Assembly: GCA_004431415.1 (NCBI GenBank)
Contig: QPMI01000011.1
Coordinates: 1 to 64,000 of the forward strand
Source of the DNA: Cyanophora paradoxa CCMP329
Lineage: Eukaryota > Plantae > Glaucophyta
Length of the DNA: 64,000 nucleotides
Reading direction: 5' to 3'
Each line of letters opens with the position of its first letter. Within the stretch, counting starts at the first letter, position 1. Shown here one piece after another: positions 19,998-30,134 of this stretch. The position numbers and the translations under genes are program-made. The notes below the pieces were generated by a model that was not told the origin of the DNA, did not search any database, and saw nothing but the letters and a program-made list of their open reading frames with translations.

Positions 19998-20070
19998 ACA
20001 CATATGAATATTCATATTTTAATCCTGAGGCGGAACGCCGAGGGATTAAAATATGAATATTCATATGTGT
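19998..20070. other. Terminal hairpin/palindrome at the element-host junction
   Basis: 19998-20025 ACACATATGAATATTCATATTTTAATCC is the exact reverse complement of 20043-20070. The 17-nt loop TGAGGCGGAACGCCGAG contains a GGCG-GAA-CGCC mini-stem. Confidence 0.97.
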
Positions 20071-23000
20071 CGCCGCGGCGGCCGCGGCCGCGGGGCCGGA
20101 CGTCGAGGACGGCGGGGCGCCCGGCGCCGGCATCGACGGAGCGCGGGGCGCCGGCATCGACGGGGCGCCCGGAGGCAGTACCAGCTCCCGCACAGTCACA
20201 TTGGACGACCACATCTGCTCGCGCGTCGACGGAGGCGGCGCCGGGACCGCGGGCCAGGGCTGGGAGAGCAGAAGCGCACGTCTGCGGCGGGAACGGACTT
20301 CCCGAACTCTCCCTCGGGCACGTTGAAGAACAGGTCCTGCAGGGGCGATCAGGCCCTAGGGCGCTACAGCAGCGGGTTCGCCTCGAGCCCTCTCTCCAAC
20401 GCGCCTGAAGAGTGCGGCGGAGTTCCTCGGTGCACTCGCGAAGCTGCTCTGCGGCGGCGGCAGCGGCTGCCGGCCCGCGGAGGGCGGGCGGCACGAGGGG
20501 CGGGGGCGAGGCGAGAACAGCCAGCTGGAACGCCCGCGCTTTCTGCGGCCCGGCCCGAGCTTCACTTCAAAAAGGTGTGCGGTCGGCCCTCGCAATTGCA
20601 GGAATGGGGTGCGCGCGCCTCGCCCATGCAGGGGACGAACGCGCGCGTCCGCCTCGAGTTCAGCGTTTCGCTGCGCATGTGGCCGGGCCGGGGGGGCCCT
20701 GGCAGTCAGCCTCGAAGCGCCATCTCGAATTCGCGGCCCGAGACTCGAACTCGCGACGTCGGCAGCGCGCCTGTGCACGCGGAAGTTGGAGCGGACCACA
20801 AGGTAGTTCGCGAGGAGCGCCGCCAGCAGAGCCAGTACCTGCCCGCCCTCGCGATCGGTCACGCTCCAGTGGGCGGGGGGGATGCGTGCGCACGGAGAGG
20901 AGGGCGGCGGCGTGGAGGACGGCGAAGGCGCGGTGGTAGCGGGCCCGCACGTCAGCGGCCACGTCGCGGCGCTGCGCGGCCGACCCGTGCGCCCACCGCC
21001 GCTTCAGCGTTGACGCCGCGGAGGACGCCCCGCCCCCTGTGTCCTCGCTCGGCTCCGACGCCGACGCAGCCAGCAGCGCCGTCGTCGCGTCCTGCGCGGT
21101 CGGCCGCCGTCGGTCCTCGAGCTCGAGCTCGCGCCAAAGCGTAGCGGGGCGGGCAGTGCGCGCGCGCCTCCAGATCGTTGTCGAGGCGACGCTCACGCAA
21201 GCTGCCCATACGTATCGATATCGCGCGCGCGCTCGACGGGGGCGCCCGGGCCTCCCGATCCGCCTGCGCCCGCTGCAGGAGCATCCACAGGCCGTTAAGC
21301 CCCATCACCGGACGGGGCGGGGCGGGGCGGGGCGAGGCCGGGCCGCGGCCGGGGGCGCGCACGGCGTGCAGGCGGTCGACGCGGTGCTGCTCGACGAGCT
21401 GGTCAGCCTGCTCTTCCGTCCGAATCGCCCCTTCGATGTCTGCGCGCGCACGAGCTGCCCTTCAATTGCAAGCTCGGACCCCAGCGTTCGGGAGCACCGA
21501 AGAGGTGGGCGGCCTGAAAGGCGGCGAAGCGGCGGAGCACGCGGACCGAGTGCGGGTGCGTCTGCAGCAGATGCCCGTACATCCTGTGGCGCGTTCAGTC
21601 GAGTCGGGCCGGGGGGCGGAGGCCTAGGGCCGGGGGGCAGAGGGGGCACCGGAGGGCGCGCTGCTTGGACTCCTCGGCCGCCAGAGCGCGCATGGAGAGC
21701 TCGGCGCGCTGCCTGGCCCGCGTGTCTACCCGCGGCCGCCGCATGTCAAGTTAAAGAGCAGCTCCCGAGAAGAAGGGCGAGTGCGCGCATGCGCACCGCT
21801 GCCGGCGGCGCGCTCCGCGGTGCGTACGACGGTCCAGAAGGCGGCGGCGCGGAGGGAGGCGCTCCGCTCCTCCCGCCCGATGGCGGCCAGCAGCCTGCGG
21901 GGTCGACGACGTCGGCCGCCGCCGGCCGCAGCTCGCGATCGGGCGCTGGAGCTCGAGGGGGCGCACTCGGTGACGTCGTGGCCCTCTTCCCCCCACTCCT
22001 CCCGCTCCACAGCCCGCTGGTGCTCAAGGAAGAAGGCCTGAGCGCCCCGCGTGAGTGAGCCAATACGTCGGCAGGCGAACGGGACGCGCGCGCGCGCCTG
22101 GTAAGAGGTTGCGAAGCCAGCAGGCATCTGCGGCGGCGCCTAAGAGATGTGGAGGGCGCGCGCGCGGCGCACCCGCCGCGCCGCACCCGACGGGCTTTGC
22201 GGGCCAAGGCCTGGACCCGAGCGTAAGCAAAGGGAGAGGAGGGGGGCGCGCGGGGACACAAGAGCCGGACCATGGAGAGGGGGGCCAGGGCCGGCAAATC
22301 GTAGAGGGCCGCTGCGAGGCGGGCGTGGAGGAACGCAGAGGGCGGGCGCCGCTCGCAGGCCGCCCGAGCGAACTCCAGGGCGGCGGCGGCGGGGGCGCCG
22401 GCGGCTCGTCCCGGGGGCGCGCCCGAGGCCGAGGGGCGCCAGGCGCGCGGCGAGGGAGCGGCTGGCGGCGGAGTGGTCCGGCTCTTCTGCGAGCGCCATG
22501 CGGGTGGCCACGTCGTGGCAGGCGTCGCCGCAGAGGAAAGAGAGGCGCTCGCTGCGCGCCGCCGCCGCCGCCGCCGTCGCGCGGGCGCGGATGAGGAGCG
22601 CGGAGGCGGGCGCGGTCAGGACGACGACGCCGGCGAGGGCGGGCCAGAAGGCGGCGGGGGCGGCGCAGCCCGGCGCGGCGCAGAAGGCCAGGCCCAGCGC
22701 CGCGCAGGGGAGGGGCAGCAGGGAGAGGTACGCTTCCCACAGCAGAGCCCCCGTCCGCAGCGGCGGCAGCCTGCGCAGGCGAGGTCGAGAGGCCGGGGCG
22801 CGCGCAGGGCGGGCGGCCGCGGACGCAGGGGCCGGGGGGGCACCATCTGTAGAAGACCACCGCGTAGAGGGCGGCACCGGCGACCTGGAAGCCGCCCCGG
22901 AGGGCGCCCCGGTCCCGAGAGAACTGCGGGAGAGCGCGTGAGTGCACGAGAAGGGCAGGAAAAGACCTAGGGGAGGACAAGGGGGCACGAGGGCGAGGAG

Positions 23001-23893
23001 GAGGAGGAAGGTCTTGACGGCGGCGAGGGCGAGGTCGGGGCGCGGCGTGGAGCGGGCGAGGGCGGCGTGAGCGGAGGGCCGCGGGTCGAACAGCAGCACG
23101 GGCGCCGCGGAGAGGCACACGACGGCGACGACGGCCGCGATCGCAAAGACTGCGATCACGAGATGCTTGTGCGACAGGCAGTCGACGGACGGGAACTCCT
23201 CCAGCGCGCCCCCGCGGCACGCGATGGCGGGCCCGAAGCTGCCGAGCAGCGCGGGCGCCTCCAGCACGAGCAGCAGCGCGACCCACCAGCGCACGGCGGC
23301 CGTCAAGGTCTCTGCGCGCGCGGGGCGCCGGCGCCGGCGCGGGGATCAGCGGAAGAATAGCGGAGGCAGAGGGGTCGCAGCACGAACTGTGCCCAGTCTC
23401 GCGCTTGCAGAAGAACAGGAACAGGCAGACGATAAGGACTGCGAGGAGGGCGATTGACGTCCAGAATAGGGCGAGGAAGCCACCCCAGGAGGCGAAACGC
23501 GGGCGGAGCTGGAGGAAGAAAAGGAAGAGGTTCGACTGCGAGTCGTCGCAGAAGATGCAGCCAGGGAGCCAGAGAACGAGCGCGGAGAGCTGGAGGAGGC
23601 CGACCGCGCGAAGGAGGGCGAGAGCGCGCAGCCAGTCGCGCGAGGGCCCCGAATTCGTGCCAGAAGCCGCGACCAACAGATTGTATCCCTGCGAGAGCGC
23701 TCATTAGGGACGGGCTTGCGCGAATTCGGATGGCGCGCGCGCGCCCGCGGGCGGCCAGTGCCGATGCGCGATGATGCGCGCGGGGAAAGCGCACCTGGTA
23801 CACAGAGTGACGCGTGCGCTCGAAAGGTGCATCGTCGTTCCAGCGCGGGGCGCCGTATGCGTCGCCGTCGACGTCGCTCGATTCCGCGTTCAT
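20071..23893 (-). CDS. Multi-exon host membrane protein, TmcB/TmcC-like N-terminus; 3' end apparently cut by the virus
   Basis: Hydrophobic segments such as VGLLQLSALVLWLPGCIF, GGFLALFWTSIALLAVLIVCLFLFF and HLVIAVFAIAAVVAVVCL, separated by short introns. The last visible exon (20071-20214) runs open into the hairpin. Confidence 0.5.
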
Positions 23894-24548
23894 CGTCGGC
23901 CGCGCTACGATGGGAGCTCACCAAGGCGCGTAGCGCACGCAGCTGGCGCGCGCCCGCGCAGGTGGCCGGGAAGCAGGTAGCTAAGTTGGCTTGCCTCCTC
24001 GCGCTCGGGCCGGGTACAGCCACACGTGGTTCGAATTTGATCGCCGACACATGCGGCGGCGTTAACGTTATGCCGGGCGCCGGCTATAGCTAGCTAGCCT
24101 GTCGGCTAGCTTGCCGGCTTAAAGCTCGGGTACTGCAAAATTTAAAAACTCCTTTCCAATTGCAAACTTGCATACATGTACACAGAAGCTCTGTTTTTTC
24201 GCATTCGGTACGACAGGTACTTCGGTACGACAGGTACTTAAGCTGTGGTGCGGACCGTGCGGTACGAATTGAGGCGGCCTAGCGCACCACACGCTGCTTC
24301 CCGACTCCCGAGCACTGGCATGATGACAAGCTCTGCCGAGCATCGCAAGAGCTTTCTTATACACTTGGTCAAGAGTTTAGATTGAATACACATGAAGAAT
24401 ATAGTTTAAAGCTATCAAATGGAATAAAGCGCCGGGGGCGAGCCCGCGCGCGGCCGCCGGAGGACTGGCCATGGAGGGGATCGGAGGCCGGGCGGGGAGA
24501 TACTCTGATACATAGCTGGCCATGGTTACAAAGACACATTTTCCAACA

Positions 24549-24701
24549 AGTCCGTGCCGGCTGCGGGGCGCCGTGCCGGCTGCGGGGCGCGCGTGCCAGG
24601 CCATGGCTAGAGCCAGTCCGTGCCGGCTGCGGGGCGCCGTGCCGGCTGCAGGGCGTGCCAGGCCATGGCTAGAGCCAGTCCGTGCCGGCTGCGGGGCGCC
24701 G
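24549..24701. repeat. GC-rich tandem repeat, 62-66-bp unit, about 2.4 copies
   Basis: AGTCCGTGCCGGCTGCGGGGCGCCGTGCCGGCTGC...GTGCCAGGCCATGGCTAGAGCC repeated. Confidence 0.85.
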
Positions 24702-27700
24702 CTCGCGGAACACGTTGAGCTGGCCGATGGACGCGCAGCGGTCGGGGTCGGCCCAGACGCCGGGGCCCCCGCGGGCCCGGGCGCGTCCCGCGCGGACGCC
24801 GGCGGGTCGCCATCGCCCGCGGATCGCGATCGCCGCCGGAGCTTGTGGCGGTACCCGTACACGGAGGGCGGGGCGGGCCGGCGGGGGGGCCGGAGCGAGG
24901 CCCGGGGCCGCGGCCGGCGCCGACGGGTCGCGGTCGTAATGGAATACGTTCGACACGACGAGGGCGAGGCCGCCGCGTCGATCAGCAGCTGCGAGCGCGC
25001 GCGTGAGGGGCGGACCGGAGGGGGGCGGGACGGGGGCGCTAGCGCTGGGGGGTACCGGCCCGCGGACATCGTTCGCCTCGAGGACGCCCCGCGAGCCCGC
25101 TGAGAACTCCACCGCGGGGGTTCGATCCGGCGCCGAGCCCAGCCCCTCGCGATCGCCGCCGGGGGCGCCGCCGCCGCCCTCGCCCCGCAGGCAGTTGCGC
25201 CGCGCGGTGACGTCGGCATCCCACCCCGCCAGCAACGCAGGGCCCCCCTCCGAGGAGATGGAATTGCCCTACCCCCCCCCCCCCAGTCCACTCAGCAAGG
25301 CGGGGCGAGATCCCGGATAGCGAGCGGCGGGGGGTACCTCGATCTCGACTCTCGCGCCCGCGATGCGTACCCCTCTTCGGCACTGGTCGGCGACAGAGTT
25401 CTACGGGGGAGGTTAGGGCAGGGGTTGGAAGGTCATGATATGGGGTACGCGGAAGGGAAGGTGGCGGGGGTACGGGCGCGCCTCGAGCAATCCAGAGGCG
25501 CGATCCTCGAAGAACGCGGCGTCCCCGGCGAGGGAGCGGAACTCGCACTCCCGCGCCTCCGACAACGCGCCGCACTGCGGGCGGGGGTACGGGCGATCGG
25601 TGCGGGCGGCGGGGTACCCCTCCCCCGAAACCCGTACCCGGGCGCCCACGCCGGCGGAGGAGTTGGAGATGTAGCACTTCTGAGCGAAGGCGCAGGCGCC
25701 GGCGCCCTGGGGGGTACGGAGCCTCAGCGGGGGTCGGGGTGGGGGGCACCCAGAGCTAGCGCTAGGGCCGGGACCGCGGGGCGCGCCTGAGAGAGGAGGG
25801 CGGCCGCGCCGGGGACGTTGAAGAGCGTCGACCCCTGCAGCTCCACGCGCCCGCCCTCCGACGCCAGAGCCCCGACCCTGCCGGCGCCGCGCCGCGGTCG
25901 CGGTCGGCCCAACTGCAAGCTTGAGTGCCGGGCGGAGGCAGGGGGTGCTGCGCACTCGCAGTCGTGGAGCGAGCAGGCCTTGAGCGTGGCCGTACCCATG
26001 CGGCCCGCCAGGGTGCCGACCTGGGGGAAAGGGCTCGCGCGGGGGTACGCGGAATGGAGTGGGGGTACGGGACGCGCCCGCAGGTCGCAGAGCTCGGTTC
26101 GCTCGAGGGCGGCGCTTGCGCCCTGCGAACAGAGAGGCTCGCGGGGGGAAAGAGAGGGGCGGGGTACGTGTGCGGGCACGCACGGAGGTGCAGACGACTC
26201 CCCACGCGGAGGGGCTACCCCCGCTTTCGACGCAGCGGAGGCGGCAGGCGGTGACAGACGCGCTGGCGCCCGGCGCGTCAAGCTGCGGGCCGGGCCGGGG
26301 AAGGAGTGAGCGGCGAGCGGGCGGGCGGGAGGGCGCGGCGGCCGGCCGTACCATGAGGCAGCAGCTGCCGGGAAGGCACGCGATCTGCGGGCCGGGGCCG
26401 GGCCGAGCTCAGGGGGGGGGGGGGGTTGGGGGGGGGGAAGGGGCCGGGGTACGGCGCGCCTCGACGTCAGCGAGCGTGAGGGCGCCGCCGGCGACGTGCA
26501 GGGCGCCGGTCTGCCAGGGGTACGGGCGCGCCGCCTCCCCCGGGGGGGGCTCCGGGGTGGATGCCCCCGACCCCGAAGAGCCTGAGGCGGAGGAGGCGGA
26601 TACCAGGGGCGGCAGGCCGCGGGCCAGGCTTCCGAGGCCGGGCCCCGGGGTACCGGCGTTGACGGGGGGCAGCCGCCCCAGGGACCGGAAGACGGCGGAC
26701 CCCGAGGAGGCCGACGGGGGTACGGCGGGTCCAGAGCCGCGGGGAGAGCCGCGGGGGGAGCCGCGGGGGGAGCCGCGGCCGGGGAGGGGCGATCGGGAGT
26801 GGCTGGGGGGTACGGGGGAGTGGGAGGGGGACCCGAAGGGGGAGCGCGGGGTCGGGCTACCGAAGGAAGAGGCGACGAGGGAGGAGCGGCGGGAGCCGAA
26901 GGGGCGCCCGAGAGGCGCGGGGGTCCGCGGGGTCCGCGAGGTCCTGGCCGGGGCCGGCGCCGGCGCCGGGGGCCACCGCGAGCTCGGGCATGGATCCGGA
27001 GCGCGGCCGGCGCCGCCCGGCGGGCGGGCGCGGGCGGGCGCCGCCGCCGGGGCGTCCAGGGCGGGCTCATAGGCGCCCCGAAGCGGCTCGGGCTCGGCCC
27101 CAGGGGCCGCGGCGCCGGCGCCCTCGGGGGGCACCGGTACCGCCCGCAGCGTCAGGTTCTGGAAGCTGCGGCGAAAAAGCACGTTGGGAGGGGGGGCGAG
27201 GTCCCCGAGGGGTACCGGAGCACAGCGGCGCGCGCACGTGACGGCGGGGGCGTCGATGCGGAGGGCGCGTGGGCCGGCGAACTCGATGACGACATCGCCG
27301 CTGGACTCGCCCATCCCGACCACCGTGCAGTTGCGCAGGAGAGATCTAGAGGCCGCCTGCTCGCGGTAGGTCCCGGGGGCGACGTACACGGTGCCGCCTG
27401 CGCGCGCGGGTCCATCGATATCGATATCCAGAGTTCAGCGGATTTAAAAAGAGGGGCGCGCGGGGGCCGGGGCGGGGCGCGCCGTGCAGTACCGCGGCGA
27501 GCCCTTCGCCGAGGGTGCGGAAGTAGGTCGGGCCCGCCGCCTCCTCGCGCAGCGTGACGAACACTGGCGGGCGGCCGGCCGCGATCAGCGCCCCGGCTCC
27601 GATCCGATCCGAGGCGCGGTTTGAATTTATTTATTTATAGCGTACCGTTAAGGAGCGCCCGGCGCGAGAGGCGCGGCGGAGTCTGCGGATCCGAAGTCTG

Positions 27701-28003
27701 CGGCTCGGGCGGGGCGCGCGCGTGCGGGGCGGGGCGGGGCGGGCGCCCGCGCACCCATCGCCGGCCGCCTGGAGCGCGGCGTCCTGCGCCTTAAAGCTGG
27801 CGGATGTGTCCGTCCGAACCCGCGGCTGCCGTGCCTCGTTGAATTAGCCCAAGGCGCGCGCGCGCGCGCGCGGGCGGGCGGGCGGGCGGGCGGGCGGGCG
27901 GGGGGAGGGTCAGCCGTGCGCGCATGCGCACTGAGTGAGAGAACGAGAGGGGGCGGATCGGCTTGAAGCGGGAGTCCCTGCTCCAGAACGCCGTGTCGCC
28001 CAT
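24669..28003 (-). CDS. Multi-exon right-handed parallel beta-helix (pectin-lyase-like / FBXO11-type) protein
   Basis: YFRTLGEGLAA, VYVAPGTYRE, VVGMGESSGDVVIE, FQNLTLR, ALHVAGGALTLADVE, CYISNSSAGVG and GVLEANDVRG in successive exons; boundaries approximate. Confidence 0.7.
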
Positions 28004-29762
28004 CGTATCGCGCGCCCAGGTCGGCAAGTTGCCGCTCCGATCGTGGGGCCCCGGGATCGGGCGCTGCCTCCCAGCTCCGGCGAACCTCGCGCTACGCTAG
28101 GCGGGCTCTAGATCTGCGAGGACAATGGCAAACGCAGCTCACCGGCTACCGGTAGATCAGCGGCTACAGCCGACTTCTAGTAGCTGTACTCCTGAAGTTG
28201 ACTGAGGTCACGTACTGAGCTTGACTCCTGGGGCCCACTGCCCAGTGGGTCCGACACCGTCCGAGCCTCCGCGGCCGCCGCCGCGGCCCGCGGCCGCCGG
28301 GCCGGGCGCCGGGCCGAGCCTCGGAGGCCCGGCGAGGATTCCTAACTTCAATCCTACTACTAGGCTAAGTTCCGCGGGCTCCGGATCCGCTGCTCCCGGA
28401 CCGAGTCCCGGACTCCCGGAGATCGGCGCCGCAACTCTGAATTCGAACTTGCGCTAATTGCGGCAAGTCGCCGGCAACTTCAACCAACTTGCCAAGCCCA
28501 AGTCCTTTTTTGTCGATTTCAAGTTGCGCCTTTTTTGTCGCAGCTTGAGGACCTCTCGCGGAGGCCGGATCCGAGCTCGCGATCATGAACCCGACCCGCA
28601 ATCATTGATCGGATCCGGATCCTGGACTCGCCGCGATCGCGCGATCGGCAATAATTCGCCGCGATCGCGCGATCGGCAATGACCGCAGCCGCGTGATCGT
28701 GATCATGATCATGCGCATATAGCCTGATATGTCATGTAGGACCGTGACTCGGTGACTGCGAATTCGAATCCGCGCGAGGCCGGCGCCGGCCCCGCCGCCG
28801 CGCCGCGGGCCCGCGGCGCCGGCCGGCCCGGGGACTCTCCGGGAGGACCGTCGGACGCCGTTCGGCCCGTGCCTGGACAGGCTGGACGCGTCGGGCATGC
28901 GCACTGCGCAGCCCCCGCGCGCGCCTGGATGTAAATATAGTAATATTGGAAATCTTTGCACAGGAATAATGCATAATAGCCCGGAATCTGTTGATCATGA
29001 CGCTGGTACTAGAATTCGAAGAAGCCGGATTATCGAAGATGGCGGGAAGGGCAGGGGCCGAGAGGCAGGGCGAGGTTCCGGGGGCAGACGCGAGAGGGGT
29101 ACCGAGCACGTTACGAGGGGTATGAGTGCAGAATGAGGGGTAGGGGTGCACGCGTGGATCAATTGCAAGGGAGACGGCTGCGGAATGCGTACGATCGCGA
29201 GGGGCGGGTACAAGCTCGGTTCGCGATCGGTCGTGGCGGGTAGGGCGCGGGTCCGGAGGGGGGTCGCAGGAAATGGCTGCTATACTATGATAGGCTACAG
29301 GTCGGCCTCTGGTTAGCTAAGGGAAGGGGACCAATCCCAAGGCCCTTGCAATTGATCATAAGAGGGGTGCCGCATGCGCAGTTCAAGGAAACCTGACAGA
29401 GTGCTCTGGAGAATCCCAGCGCTCCCTGCCCCATGATCTGTGTGGTGGGGGCCCCTTTAATTTGAGATTTCGGGAGGCAACAGGGGGACCCCGAACCCAA
29501 AACTAGCAAGAATCCATCTGCTAATTACATGACTATATAAAGCATATGTGATTCCTCTACATAAGGGCAGAATCTAGCCGAGTCGGCTTGCAGCTCAATT
29601 GCAAGGACATCTGAACTTGCAATTGCAAAAACGGTCAAATTAAAGCTATTTCAGTAATTGCAAAGATGAGGCGAAACACGTAGATTATTAATTAGGCGAA
29701 ACCTTCTATACATATAAATTCCACAAACGGATGCTCAGCTCGTTACGTACACAAGGAATATT

Positions 29763-29978
29763 AATGTCAGCTAGTTACAATTGCAGGAATGCCAGCTGGT
29801 TACAATTGCAAGGATGCAAGCTAGTTATAGGGATGCAAGCTAAATACAAGAATTTCCAGCTCTTTTTACGGAATGCCAATTAGTTATAAGCAATGCCAGC
29901 TAGTTATACGGAATGCCAGCTAGCTAAAAAGAATGCCAGCTAATTATAAGCAATATTAGCTAGTTATAAGGAATGCCA
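29763..29978. repeat. Minisatellite, about 20-bp unit GCCAGCTAGTTATAAGGAAT, about 10 degenerate copies
   Basis: Directly visible repeated (A)ATGCCAGCTAGTTATA.GG units. Confidence 0.85.
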
Positions 29979-30134
29979 TCGAGATCACGTGCACGCAGGG
30001 AAGTCGGATTAGCAGCGCGCTGGGTCCGAATGATGCGATCTAGAGCCTGGTAATTATAAATAAATGAATGAAGACGCTTGACTTCGAAATCATATATAAG
30101 AAGCCAGCGAATTCGAATTGGAAGCAGCGGCTTG

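Larger units (their letters stand above)
1..20070. mobile_element. Endogenous Polinton-like / dwarf NCLDV-like dsDNA virus; left end truncated by the window
   Basis: Abrupt AT-rich to GC-rich switch at 20070/20071. Compact intronless ORFs include a double-jelly-roll MCP, pentons, an A32 ATPase and a primase-helicase. Related repeat motifs sit at both ends in inverted orientation, and there is a terminal hairpin. Confidence 0.93.

Noticed and set aside
19998-20070. Helitron 3' hairpin or intrinsic terminator
   Set aside because: The stem is long and AT-rich, there is no CTRR end or U-tract, and no HUH-Rep/Pif1 helicase gene was recognised.
1-20070. Bacterial prophage or contaminant contig
   Set aside because: Despite phage-like fibres and speD, the core is DJR MCP, penton and A32 ATPase with no terminase, portal or obvious Shine-Dalgarno pattern. 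A chimeric join cannot be fully excluded without reads.
1-20070. Canonical Maverick/Polinton transposon
   Set aside because: No pPolB, rve integrase or cysteine protease was recognised, and the end is not the typical simple-repeat TIR terminus.
19996-21144. ORFs 19996-20214, 20004-20408 and 20053-21144 sharing MNIH(ILI) peptides
   Set aside because: The shared peptide is an artefact of reading the terminal palindrome on both strands; the ORFs cross the virus-host junction.
27930-28090. Possible structured ncRNA
   Set aside because: No recognisable snRNA, snoRNA or tRNA motifs; it reads better as the first exon (MGDTAFWSRD...) of the beta-helix gene on the minus strand.
29280-29520. Non-autonomous transposon shared with 42700-42830
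   Set aside because: Only scattered short matches; no TIRs or TSDs could be defined.
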